Shown here: in pieces, positions 52,424 through 62,632 of the stretch
Layout of the letters: each line of letters begins with the position of its first letter
Numbering within the stretch: position 1 is the first letter of the stretch
Assembly (NCBI RefSeq): GCF_000142905.1
Contig: NW_013657635.1
Span: forward strand, 62,001 to 126,000
Direction of reading: 5' to 3'
From: Thecamonas trahens ATCC 50062
Lineage: Eukaryota > Protista > Apusomonadida
Length of the DNA: 64,000 bases
Made by a program: the position numbers and the translations under genes
Notes under the pieces: model-generated
The model's input: only the letters and a program-made list of their open reading frames with translations
The model's database searches: none
What the model was told of the DNA's origin: nothing

Positions 52424-53455
52424 ATGGGCATGCACCACTCCACCTCGGGTAAGTCCGGGTACCACTACTCGTACGCAAAGACGGACATGGTGTTCTCGGA
52501 AGAGCAGGTGGCCGCCCTTTGGGCCGCCGAGAACGCCGCCCGCACCGATCCGGCTGTCCTCGCAGAGTACGCCCAGCACGACACTGACGCCTGGCGCGCA
52601 CGGGTCACCCTGCGCATTCAGACTCGCGTTCTTCGTGATGTTCTCGCCATCGCCGATCGCGACATGCCCTCGGCCCTCAAGGCCCTCAACAACGCCCGCT
52701 ACGACATGCGCTTCAACCACAACATCGACCGCCCCGTCTACATCCGCTTCGACCGCTCACAGCAGGGAGGCCTCGTCGTCCGCGATACGCCGCCGCCGGC
52801 CACTGTCTTTTCGCTTGCCGCGCTCACGTCGTCTGCTCCCTCCGCGGCCGGCAGCACGTGCATCACCGCCCTCGCCGCAGACGCCACCGCCCGCGGCCGC
52901 GCCCTCGTCGTCGTCGCCGGCTCGCGGTCGTGACCGCCGTCGCGGAGAGGCGTGCCCATCTTCAACGCCCTTGCCGCAGACTACGCCCACGTGGCGGACT
53001 TTGTCTTTCTGTACATCGTCGAGGCCCACGCCTCCGATGAGTGGCCAATGCCGGTCGGCGGCGGCCGTGAGCCGTACCCTCAACCGAAAAGCCTGCCCGA
53101 GCGCGCCGCGCGCGCAGCCGAGTACGTCGCTGACTACGGTTTGGAACTTCCGGTCTACGTCGACTGCATGAGCAACGCGTTCGAGTCGGCCTACGCCGCC
53201 TGGCCCGAACGCTTCTTTGTCATCGACGCCGGCGTCACCGCCTTTATCTCGCAGCCAGTCCCGGACAAGGGCCACGATCCAGCCGAAGTCGAGGCGTGGC
53301 TCCAGGCCAGGGCCGCTCTTGACGGCCCTGGTCCGTTTGTCGTCGATAGCGGATGCGTTGACGGCCCGACAGATTCGGGCGTCGAGTGCACGCCTGCCGA
53401 CGCGGCTCCGCCCGCCCCGACTGTTGAGACCAGCGCCAGCCCAGCCTCAGAGTAG
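52424..53455 (+). CDS. Iodothyronine deiodinase-like selenoprotein (Sec UGA at 52931-52933)
   Basis: ORFs 52424-52933 and 52952-53455 share a frame. Read-through gives LVVVAGSRS-U-PP...FVFLYIVEAHASDEW...YVDCMSNAFESAYAAWPERFFVI. Confidence 0.9.
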
Positions 53456-53480
53456 GCTCACACCTGCGAGTGCCGCCGCT

Positions 53481-53567
53481 GCAGACGACGTCATGACGGC
53501 GCGATGCCCCAACTGATGGACCACACACGTCCCAGCGGCACCGCGCCCGAGCCACATAAGCGTCTGC
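53481..53567 (+). promoter_or_regulatory. SECIS element (type 2)
   Basis: Helix I GCAGACG/CGTCTGC; core ATGAC (53493)/CGAG; helix II GGCGCGATGCC/GGCACCGCGCC; unpaired AA at 53511-53512; apical mini-stem CTG-GGAC/GTCC-CAG. Confidence 0.88.
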
Positions 53568-53590
53568 TGCGCCGTAAAGTTCTTCCCAGC

Positions 53591-54244
53591 CTACACGCCG
53601 GTGATGTCGAGCGAGAGCTGGACGGTGGCTCCGGTGACTGCGGCCTTGTGGGCCAGCATTTCGTCCTTGAACGCCTCAAAGTCGCCGCAGGCCATCAGAA
53701 GCTCAAAGACCTCGCCCTGCAGCTCGTTCTCGTCGCGGGTGGCGAGGATCGACATGAACTCGGCCATCGACGAGCCGGCGGCGGCAAGCGCCTCGGCGAC
53801 CATGCCCTCGACCATGGCCTGCCACTCGGAGAAGAGCGGCATATATTCGAGCTTGTTCTCCTCACCGTCATCAAACATCTCACAGTGCGCGTCGCGGAAC
53901 TGCTCCAGCGCCTCACCAAACGCCGGATCCATGATGGCGTCCTCCAGCTCGCCTACCAGCGCATCAAACCGCGCTGTCTCGGCGTCAACCTCGCCTGCAC
54001 TTTCGCCGGCACACTCGCCAAAGCCCAGATCCAGATCGATTTCCGTACCTTCGCCAACCACATCCGCCGCTGCTGCCGATTCTCCTGTCACCGTCGCCGT
54101 CGTCGTCGTCGCTGCGTTTGGCGCGCGACACGTTGCATGAGTCGTCCGCTCGCCACGCTCTCTTCCCCTCCCCCCCCCACACCCCCCGGCGCCCCGCACC
54201 CACGTACCCGCACCCTGCACCGCACCCTCTGTGACTGCGCTCAT
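53591..54244 (-). CDS. ARL2BP: ARL2-binding protein (BART domain) (intron 54112-54207)
   Basis: FDALVGELEDAIMDPAF, FDDGEENKLEY, F..L....DFEAFKDEML. Confidence 0.82.
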   Translation of the reverse strand: MSAVTEGAVQGAGTWVRGAGGCGGGRGRERGERTTHATCRAPNAATTTTATVTGESAAAADVVGEGTEIDLDLGFGECAGESAGEVDAETARFDALVGELEDAIMDPAFGEALEQFRDAHCEMFDDGEENKLEYMPLFSEWQAMVEGMVAEALAAAGSSMAEFMSILATRDENELQGEVFELLMACGDFEAFKDEMLAHKAAVTGATVQLSLDITGV

Positions 54245-54476
54245 GTCTTTGTTGCTTGTGGTTCGTGCTCGCTGGCGCCGTGTGTTGTCTGCTGCTGCGA
54301 GACTTCTGTCGGCCCAACTGCGCCGCACTCGGCCACTTGCGCTTCCACGCTTGACCGACCGACCGGCTTCGACCGACCGACCCAAGCTGGTCGACTCCGC
54401 AGCTGACACGTACAGACCGGAATGCTCCGATAGCTTGCGCTTGGATCGGCCAGCATCCGAGAGGCGACCGGCCAGG

Positions 54477-55412
54477 TCACTGGGACATGTTGGTGTAGCC
54501 CGGAAAGGTAGCGCGGATGACCTTGCCGGCACGTGGCGGCAGGGCGCCGGCGCACTGGCCGGAGTCCGGGTGATCCTTGGCCCACTGCTCGGGGGGAACA
54601 AAGCGGGCGACGGGCGAACGCTTGTCGGCGACGTAGCGAATGGTACCGTGCGGAAGGTAGCCCTTGGGCGGGTCGCGGGCGAGCTCGATCGGGCCCTGTG
54701 AGGTTGGTGTGGAGCGGACAGCCAGGATGGAGCCTGCGTTGGTCGCTCCCGGCCCGGCAGAGCGAATGGGCGACGAGACGTAGCGCGGGCGGGCCGGCGA
54801 GGCGAGGCCGCCTGCGGCAGCATCGGCAGCGAGCTGGGCAGACGAGGCCACAACCTTTGTGTAGCCCTGACAAGTGGCGACAATGCGGCCCGAGCCTGTC
54901 TTGCGTGGGACGCCGATGCCGTCCGAGCCCGGCTCGCCGTTGTCTCCTCTGGTGGAGATCGCCCCGGAGCGGCGCGGGATGGCGCCAGGCACACCGCGTT
55001 CGCCGTCGTACAGCGGCGACGCCGTCGATCCGCCGTCGCCTGAGGCGCGGATGGGGTGGCGGGCCGGCGGCGGCGGTGTGGCCGCAGGCTCGGCTGGCCC
55101 GTGGGCCGCGCCCGACTGGATGTCCTTGAGTGGCGTGACGACGTTGTAGCCCTGCGAGCGAGCGTGGATGACGCCCGAGGCGTACGGCTGCGAGGCGCGC
55201 GGCGGCGTTGCTGACACAGCTGCTTCCTTGCTCGGCGACGGCACGACCCGGGTCGCACCCGGCGCACCGGCCTTGATAATGCCCGAGTGATGGACGTGCC
55301 TCGACGGTGTCTCGCCGCCGGCCAGCGCCGCCTGCACATGCGCCGGCGACGGCACAATACGCGTCGTCCCCGCAGGCCCGGCCTTGATCGTCCCGGTGTA
55401 GTACCCGTCCAT
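54477..55412 (-). CDS. Low-complexity protein with dispersed G.I.A...G....V motif repeats
   Basis: GTIKAGPAGTTRIVPSP, GIIKAGAPGATRVVPSP, GVIHARSQGYNVV, GRIVATCQGYTKVV, KVIRATFPGYTNM. Confidence 0.6.
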   Translation of the reverse strand: MDGYYTGTIKAGPAGTTRIVPSPAHVQAALAGGETPSRHVHHSGIIKAGAPGATRVVPSPSKEAAVSATPPRASQPYASGVIHARSQGYNVVTPLKDIQSGAAHGPAEPAATPPPPARHPIRASGDGGSTASPLYDGERGVPGAIPRRSGAISTRGDNGEPGSDGIGVPRKTGSGRIVATCQGYTKVVASSAQLAADAAAGGLASPARPRYVSSPIRSAGPGATNAGSILAVRSTPTSQGPIELARDPPKGYLPHGTIRYVADKRSPVARFVPPEQWAKDHPDSGQCAGALPPRAGKVIRATFPGYTNMSQ

Positions 55413-55949
55413 GCCGTTGCTACCTTACCGCTGTCGTGTCTCAAAGTGCGGTGTTATACCTGCGCGATGTGCTCCCACGACAAGCCCCCCCCCCCCCAAG
55501 GTCTCTGTTGCCCGTCTAACGGTCGTTCCGTCCGCCGGCATCTCGCCGAGCAGCGGAATTCGATCGAATACGCCAACGTGGCATAATCGATGGCGGTCGC
55601 AATGGGCCAGCACAAGACAGGGCGGTGGCGAAGCGAGGACTGATGGACCATGCTGGACTTGAATCAGGTCAGAACTATGTGAGGGTGTGGCGGGATGAAG
55701 CTGATGTGACCGAGATCTCGCACCCAAGCCCTCGCCTATGGGCGGAATGGTAGAGGCTGTGGCACCAGTGGCAGGGGCAGTCGAGCCAACCATGACACAA
55801 GCACTGACACGGACCTGCGCACACCTCACCCAACCACCCACACCACCACCACACCACACCACACCACTCATACCCTCACCCACATCCTCACCCACCCACC
55901 ACCCCCGCCCCCCCCTCCTTCCCCTCCCCGTCACCCTCCCTCTCCAACC

Positions 55950-57592
55950 ATGTCAATCGACACCGACAACATCGCAGGCAACACCGTGGCCCAGCTGCGC
56001 GCCTTTCTCGCCACCCATGAGGTAAGCAGTCTGCCCTTGCCCACCCCCCCCACCCCCCCCCCTTGCCCCCCCCCCTCCCTCACCCTCCACCCCCCGCACT
56101 CCAGGTCGACCTTCCGCCCAGCAGATCCCGCAAGGCCGTCTACGTCGCCCTCGTTGAGCAACACCTCGCTGGCACCGCCTCTACTGCTGCCCCCACCACC
56201 ATCACCACCATGACCACCTCCTCCACCGACTCCACCTCCTCCACCGACTCCACCTCTTCCTCCTCCACCAACACCATCATCTCCACCGACTCTACCACCA
56301 CCGCCGCCGCTTCTTCGATGTCAGACTTTGCCGCCGCTCACGCTTCGTCGCGGTCGTTTGTGATGGCCACGGCAGCGCTGCTCTCCGTGGTTGTCGGCGT
56401 GGCGTCGTGGCTGCTGATGGCGCCCGCCGGCGACGTGGATATGCCTGTTGAGATGCGACGGATGCTCGGCACGACACTTGCTGCCTCGGCCATGGCGTAT
56501 GCGCTGGCATGGACGCTTATTCCCAAGCTTGCGCCGTCGCTGCGCGACAACGGGCTGTTTGGTATCGACATCAACAAGTTTGACGCCGCCGGGACGCCGC
56601 GGACGCAGTGGGGCAGCCGGACCAAGGTGCCCGAGTCGCTCGGCCTCGTCTGCGGTGTCATCTACCTGGCCACGGTCGTGGTTTTCCGCTTTGGCGAGCC
56701 TGCGGTCCGCAACGCGCTTGCGGATGCCGGCACCGACCGGGCCATCGACCTCGGTGAGTACAACGCGGCTCTGCACTCGATCTGCTTCATGCTCCTCCTC
56801 GGCTTTGCCGACGATGTGCTTGAGCTGCGTTGGCGGTACAAACTCGTTCTTCCGACGGTGGCGACGCTACCGCTGCTGGCGGCGTACTCGGGCGGGACGT
56901 CGGTGGTCGTGCCCAACATGCTCCGCCCGTGGCTCGGCCCGTTCTTCGACCTCGGCCTCTTTTACATCGGATACATGGGCTGCGTCGCCATTTTTTGCAC
57001 CAACGCCATCAACATCTACGCTGGCATCAACGGCCTTGAGGCCGGCCAGTCGTTTGTCATTGCCCTCGCCGTCGTTGTCCACAACCTGGTGGAGATGCTC
57101 GCGCCATCGGCGTCGTCAGAGCCCGACTTGCACCAGTTCTCGCTCTCTCTCATGCTCCCATTTGTCGGCGTCACCCTTGCTCTCCTCCACTACAACTGGT
57201 ACCCGTCGTCGGTCTTTGTCGGCGACACCTTTACCTACTTTGCCGGCATGTCCTTTGCCGTCGTCGCCATCCTCGGCCACTTTTCCAAGACCCTCATGCT
57301 TTTCTTCCTCCCGCAGATCCTCAACTTTGTCCTCTCGCTCTACCAAATCCTCATCGGGCCCATGCTGTTCAAGGTCAAGTGCCCACGCCACAGGCTTGCC
57401 CGCTACGATCCTGACACCGGCCTCCTCCACGCCGTCCCGGCCCACCACAACCTGCTCAACCTCTACCTCTACTTCGCCGGCCCGCTCCCCGAATCGACCC
57501 TCAACCTCCATCTCATGGCCCTCCAGGCCGTCTCCTGCCTCTTTGCCTTTGTCATCCGCTACTACGTCTCGACCTTTTTCTACGATGCGTAG
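55950..57592 (+). CDS. DPAGT1: UDP-GlcNAc:dolichyl-phosphate GlcNAc-1-P transferase with N-terminal LEM-like domain (intron 56022-56104)
   Basis: GIDINK, VPESLG, LGFADDVLELRWRYK, FCTNAINIYAGINGLE, NWYPSSVFVGDT, GHFSKT, CPRHRL. Confidence 0.93.
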
Positions 57593-57889
57593 AGCTGCGG
57601 CCAAGACCCCAGTCAAGACTACAACCAGGACAAAGTCGATGATACTGACGTCGTCGTTGGCGCCGCCGCCATGCGATGCGCGTCTGTATGGCGTGTATGC
57701 TGTATAAAATAGCCTCCGTGCCTCTCTGCACCCCGCCGGCCGATGCCCTCACAGCCGTGACCGCTGCTACGAGTACTGACTGGGACATTCGTCGAGTTCC
57801 GTCCGCTGCGACCCCAAACTACGACCTTCCTGGACCACACACTGCCACAGCCACGCACACGCACACATAAAGCACACACACCACCACCA

Positions 57890-57935
<46 letters not shown>

Positions 57936-57964
57936 TACACACACACATACACATCTCCCCCCGC

Positions 57965-60664
57965 ATGTTGTTGTGCAAAGAGTGCAAGCGGCGGCTCTCG
58001 CAGCGCGACTTCAACAAGCGCCAGCTGAACAAGCGCAAGAACAAGCAGCAGCCGACGTGCATCGAGTGCCTGGAGCAACTGAAGAACGGCGGGAGCACGG
58101 CCAACAATGGCGATACCGCCGCACCGGCAAGTAGTGCCGCCGCTGCCGAACCCGTTGCAGCCTCATCGTCCAAGAAAAGCTCGTCCGGCTCGGCCGCAAA
58201 GGCATCGACAAAAGCGAGGGCACTCAAGCCGAGCCGAGCCAGGCCGGGCCGCGGCGTAGCCAACAAGGTCGATGCCTTTGTGCATGCGACGTTGACAAAG
58301 CTCGCGAGGGCACATGCGACCTGGCACAGCCTCCTCGCCAACCACCAGTTTGCGGCCTTTGAGCGGTGCGCCGTCCGCTACGGCCCGCTCACCTTCCGCT
58401 TCCCGCTCATCCTCATGCACGCCTTCTCGCTGCTGGGCGAGGCGACTTCGCCGGAGGAGATCGACCAGCTGAACCGGGATTCATGGAAGGCGCTCGTTGC
58501 AGCGCTCAAGAACATCCATGCGTGGTGCCCGTCGTACACTGACGCCATCGACGAGCTCCAAGCCTCGCTCGACAAGCTGGCCTCGGACGAAGACGTTTAC
58601 GCCATGTTTCCCCAGCTTGACACGCTGCCCACCAAGTCGCATGTCATGAATGTGCTCAACAACTGGGGCTTTAGTGTCTCGCGAGGCCATGCGCTCTCGG
58701 GCATCCGGGTTTTCTTCTCCCTCGCGCTTGTCTTCTCGCGCGTCATCCCGTCAGAGGCCTGGGCCAGCCTGTCATGGCCGGGCGAGGTGGGCGAAGCAAG
58801 CGATGGCACTGTTGATCCTCTCGTTCACGCTGAACTGGTTGCCATCCGTGTTTCCGTCGAGGCCGAGGCCGAGGCGCAGGCCCGGGCTGCGCAGGAGAAG
58901 GCTGTCAGGCTGGCCGCCGAGGCCGAGGCCGCCCGCATTGCTCGCATCGAGGCCGAAGCCAAGGCGGCCACAGAGAACGACGCCAAGGCTGCGGCCCGCG
59001 ACGCTGCTGCTGCCGAAGCCAAGGCCGTCACCCGAGCGAAGGCCGCCGCTGCCGCCGCCGAGGAGGCCGTCACTGCGGATATGAAGGCCAAGGCCGAGGC
59101 CGAGGCAAGGGCCGCGGCCGAGGCCGACGCAAGGGCCAAGGCCGAGGCCGAAGCGAGGGCCAAGGCCGAGGCCGAGGCCGCTGAAGCCAAGGCTGCTGCC
59201 TCTGCCGCTGAAGCCAAGGCTGCCGCCGCTGCCGCCGAGGCCGAGGCCAAGGCTGCGGCCAAGATGCAGGCCGAACTCGAGGTCGAGGCCCAGTCCGCCG
59301 CTGAGGCCAAGGCTGCTGCGGAGGCCGAGGCCAAGGCCAAGGATTTTGCGACCAAGAACAAGATGTGCACGGTGTGCAAGGAGGTGAAGCACAAGTCGAA
59401 GTTTTCGCGGTCACAGTGGAGCAAGTCGTCGCGCAAGTGCCTCGACTGCGTTGCGCAGGTGCAGCTCTACCTCAACGTGTTCAAGGGCGTCCGCCTCACC
59501 AACGCTATGAACATGTTCTCGAAGCTCTCGCTGGCTGACGCGGTGACGGCCGGAAAGGCTGCGCTCAAGGCAGCGGCGAACGAGAAGTCGCCGTTCACCA
59601 TCTACCAGCGCATCATCTCGAGCTCATGGGACATGTCGCAAGACTCTACGGTCCGCAGTGCGCGGACGGATAACGGGTACAACGCCATGCACGCGGCAGC
59701 GGTGAGCGGCAACGTCCGCTACGTCAAGGCGCTGGCCGACATGGGCGTCCGGCTCGACGTGGTCTCAAAGTCTGGCATCACTCCGCTTGTGCTTGCGTTC
59801 TTCAACGTGGTGACCGAGGCCGGCAACCGCGAGGCTGTCGACGTCTTGCTGACCATGCTCGAACTCGGGCCAAAGTGCGGTGGCGACATCCACACTGCGT
59901 GCATCGACTGCGGCGGCGCGAAAGTCTCGCTCGTCGAGCTGGCCTTTGCCTTGTTCCAGGCAAACCTCGCCTCAGTCCTCACCCAGTACGTCGTGGCGCC
60001 GCCGCTCTACACAGAGGAGCAGAGCAGCTCGCTCGCGACAACTGTCTTTACCACGCGGTGGGCGATCCAGCTCCGGATCTCGATCGCGGCTCTCCGGATC
60101 CCGGTTTCAAAACTCCTTGCCAAGATCCAAGTCCTGCCCGATTGGCAGACCGCGCTTGCCGATTGCGTGGCCCAGCACTACGAGCTCCTCTCTACCCTGC
60201 TCACCTCGGTCGAGTCGTCGCCGGCCGAGTTCCAGCCGCAGCCTGTGGCGCTCGCAGAAAGCGAATACGCGGTGGATCTGTTTGTCCTCGCCTTTAAGCT
60301 CACCGCCGCCCTCGCCTTTCCACATGCACAGCTCGGGCGGGCAGACCTGTTCTCGTCAGTGGTCTCTGCAGGCGAGGTGACGGCCGCTGAGGCCGTGGCC
60401 GTCGTCATGGCTGGGCTCGGGATTGCTGTTGAGACCATGACTGAGCTGCCGAACGGAGCGAACATGTCGATTGTGTCGCGGGCCGTCATCTCTGGCTCGC
60501 CCGACATGGTCAAGTACATCTTGGAGCTGCCTGGCGTGGATCTGTCGATGACAGATGCGTTTGGCTCGCCAGCTGCGTTTGCCAAGGGTGTGTCGATGGA
60601 AGCCGAGGTCAAGGACGCCATGTTGGCGGAGCTGAGCGCTGCGAGCGCTTCCGCCAGCACGTAG
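57965..60664 (+). CDS. Protein with two Stc1-like C4 zinc fingers, EAKA coiled coil and ankyrin repeats
   Basis: CKEC......DFNKRQL...CIEC and CTVC......KFSRSQW...CLDC fingers; AEAKA tract; GYNAMHAAA and GITPL ankyrin motifs. Confidence 0.7.
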   Translation: MLLCKECKRRLSQRDFNKRQLNKRKNKQQPTCIECLEQLKNGGSTANNGDTAAPASSAAAAEPVAASSSKKSSSGSAAKASTKARALKPSRARPGRGVANKVDAFVHATLTKLARAHATWHSLLANHQFAAFERCAVRYGPLTFRFPLILMHAFSLLGEATSPEEIDQLNRDSWKALVAALKNIHAWCPSYTDAIDELQASLDKLASDEDVYAMFPQLDTLPTKSHVMNVLNNWGFSVSRGHALSGIRVFFSLALVFSRVIPSEAWASLSWPGEVGEASDGTVDPLVHAELVAIRVSVEAEAEAQARAAQEKAVRLAAEAEAARIARIEAEAKAATENDAKAAARDAAAAEAKAVTRAKAAAAAAEEAVTADMKAKAEAEARAAAEADARAKAEAEARAKAEAEAAEAKAAASAAEAKAAAAAAEAEAKAAAKMQAELEVEAQSAAEAKAAAEAEAKAKDFATKNKMCTVCKEVKHKSKFSRSQWSKSSRKCLDCVAQVQLYLNVFKGVRLTNAMNMFSKLSLADAVTAGKAALKAAANEKSPFTIYQRIISSSWDMSQDSTVRSARTDNGYNAMHAAAVSGNVRYVKALADMGVRLDVVSKSGITPLVLAFFNVVTEAGNREAVDVLLTMLELGPKCGGDIHTACIDCGGAKVSLVELAFALFQANLASVLTQYVVAPPLYTEEQSSSLATTVFTTRWAIQLRISIAALRIPVSKLLAKIQVLPDWQTALADCVAQHYELLSTLLTSVESSPAEFQPQPVALAESEYAVDLFVLAFKLTAALAFPHAQLGRADLFSSVVSAGEVTAAEAVAVVMAGLGIAVETMTELPNGANMSIVSRAVISGSPDMVKYILELPGVDLSMTDAFGSPAAFAKGVSMEAEVKDAMLAELSAASASAST

Positions 60665-60733
60665 AAGCCAGAAGCCGTTTACTCTGGCTGGTTGGTTGAG
60701 AAAACAAACATAGCACGGCCCGTGGCAAGAGAG

Positions 60734-61627
60734 TCACAGTATGGTGCACGAGCCCTCGTCGACGGCCGGCACCTCGAGCGACTCGTCATACAGCCGCTCG
60801 TCAAGGATGACGCGAGAGAACGGCGTGGCTTCCAGGGCCTCACCGGACAGGTTCTTGCGCGGGATAACTTGGAGGAGGCGCGAGCGGAGCTTGGCAAGCT
60901 GGGCGTTGAACGCCATGTAGTCTGCACCGTCGGCATGCCACCGTTCCTCAAAGTAGACAAAGAGCGAGCAGAAGAACTCGCCGAGGTCGTCAAGCGAGGA
61001 GATCCACGAGGCGAGCTCGTCATAGATCGGAGTGCGGATGGCATAGCTGATGCCGATGCGAAGCTGAAGCACGTCGGCAACGAGGGCGGCGATGTTGAGG
61101 CCGGCGGCGGCGACAGGGTAGTGGATGTCATCGCGGGGGCGATGGGTATTGACCAGGTCGAGAAAGGCGTCGTGGTAGTTGGTAGCAAACCAATCAAGGA
61201 GCCAGAGGCCCAGAAGTCCCGACGCACGCAGATCCGACACGGGGTACTGCCGCTGGAAGCCCATCTCCTTCCACTTGCGGGTCACCAGGTCCGACGGCAG
61301 CCGATCGTCCGGGAACACGGCCGCAAAGAGCGAGCCGGCCAGCGCCACGTGCTCGGCATTGTCCAGGTCAAACGAGGCCGTGAGCAAGTCGCTCGCCGCC
61401 TGCATCGTCGCCGCAAACTCCTCCCGCACCTGCGCCCGGTACCCACTCCCGCCCGCCGTCGCTGTCGCTCCGTCCATCGTCGTCCCCGTGCCTCCCCCCG
61501 CCGTCCCCGTCACCTCCTCGTCGCCCAGCAGACGCCGCCTTCCACGCTCAGAGAGCTCAAAGTCGCGAGCCATCGACGCCTGCGCCCCGCCGGTCGCCAC
61601 CCGTCCGCCCAATCCGCAGCAGTCCAT
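60734..61627 (-). CDS. ELMO/CED-12 domain protein (ELMOD-type ARF-family GAP); start uncertain
   Basis: WKEMGFQRQYPVSDLRASGLLGL, YPVAAAGLNI, F...W......YMAFN. Confidence 0.85.
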   Translation of the reverse strand: MDCCGLGGRVATGGAQASMARDFELSERGRRRLLGDEEVTGTAGGGTGTTMDGATATAGGSGYRAQVREEFAATMQAASDLLTASFDLDNAEHVALAGSLFAAVFPDDRLPSDLVTRKWKEMGFQRQYPVSDLRASGLLGLWLLDWFATNYHDAFLDLVNTHRPRDDIHYPVAAAGLNIAALVADVLQLRIGISYAIRTPIYDELASWISSLDDLGEFFCSLFVYFEERWHADGADYMAFNAQLAKLRSRLLQVIPRKNLSGEALEATPFSRVILDERLYDESLEVPAVDEGSCTIL

Positions 61628-62369
61628 GTGTGTTGGGTGAAGTACAGGCGTGGGTGCGACAAGTGGTCTCTAGTGGTGGGGGTGGTGGGGGGGGGGGGGG
61701 GGGGGGGGGAAGGGGAGGGGAGGGGAGGGGGGCATTCGTCGTCGTCACACTGGCATGTGCGCCAAGGCCGCCACGCAGCCGATATTGATGGGATCCGAGC
61801 CGATGGGATCCGATCCGATGGGATCCGCACTTGGTATGAATGAGCTTGTCTAGCAGCATTCATGGGTATTGTAAAGCGGTTGAGATGGTGGTTGTGGTGC
61901 TATGAATGGTGCGCAGAGTGGGAGGAGGGGACGTCGGTATGGCTGTCTTGGTCGTGGTGCGATGATGATGGATGGGAGTCGCTGCCATCCCACCATCCCT
62001 CCTCAATTCGCCGTTACGCACCCCGATTGATCTGATGGATGCTACAGGTGGTGACGTGCTACAGACACCGCCGTCACCCCAACTACATCCGCTTCATCTA
62101 CAGACCGCGCTCCCTGAGCGGAAACACAGAGGAAACCTGTGATCACTTATTTCCCAACGACTGCTGGCCATCCAGCCATGCTCATTCCCTCTACCCCCGC
62201 ACCACGGACAGACGCACAATCGACACTCGACACTCTCTGCATTGTAAAACGCAACGAAAACGGACCATCCTCCTCAAAACCCACACATCGATCACAATAT
62301 CAAATGCGTCGGCAACCAAAGCCAGCGCCAAGGCTGAAACAGCCCATCTGCAGCAGCGCAGCGACAACC

Positions 62370-62542
62370 GGCGGCGACTGGCAGCAAATGGCGGCGACTG
62401 GCAGCAAATGGCGGCGACTGGCAGCAAATGGCGGCGACTGGCAGCAAATGGCGGCGACTGGCAGCAAATGGCGGCGACTGGCAGCAAATGGCGGCGACTG
62501 GCAGCAAATGGCGGCGACTGGCAGCAAAATGGCGGCGACTGG
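62370..62542 (+). repeat. 20-bp minisatellite (GGCGGCGACTGGCAGCAAAT), ~8.5 copies
   Basis: Directly visible upstream of the last gene. Confidence 0.95.
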
Positions 62543-62632
62543 CCGGCCTCCCCCCCCCCCCTCCCCCCCTCCCTCCCTCCCTCCCTCTCCACCACCACCT
62601 CACTCTCCCCCTCCCCACTCTCCCTGCGCAGC

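Noticed and set aside
53591-55444. 617-aa ORF as a single gene
   Set aside because: It is an off-frame run-through of the 54477-55412 gene and an in-frame intron into ARL2BP.
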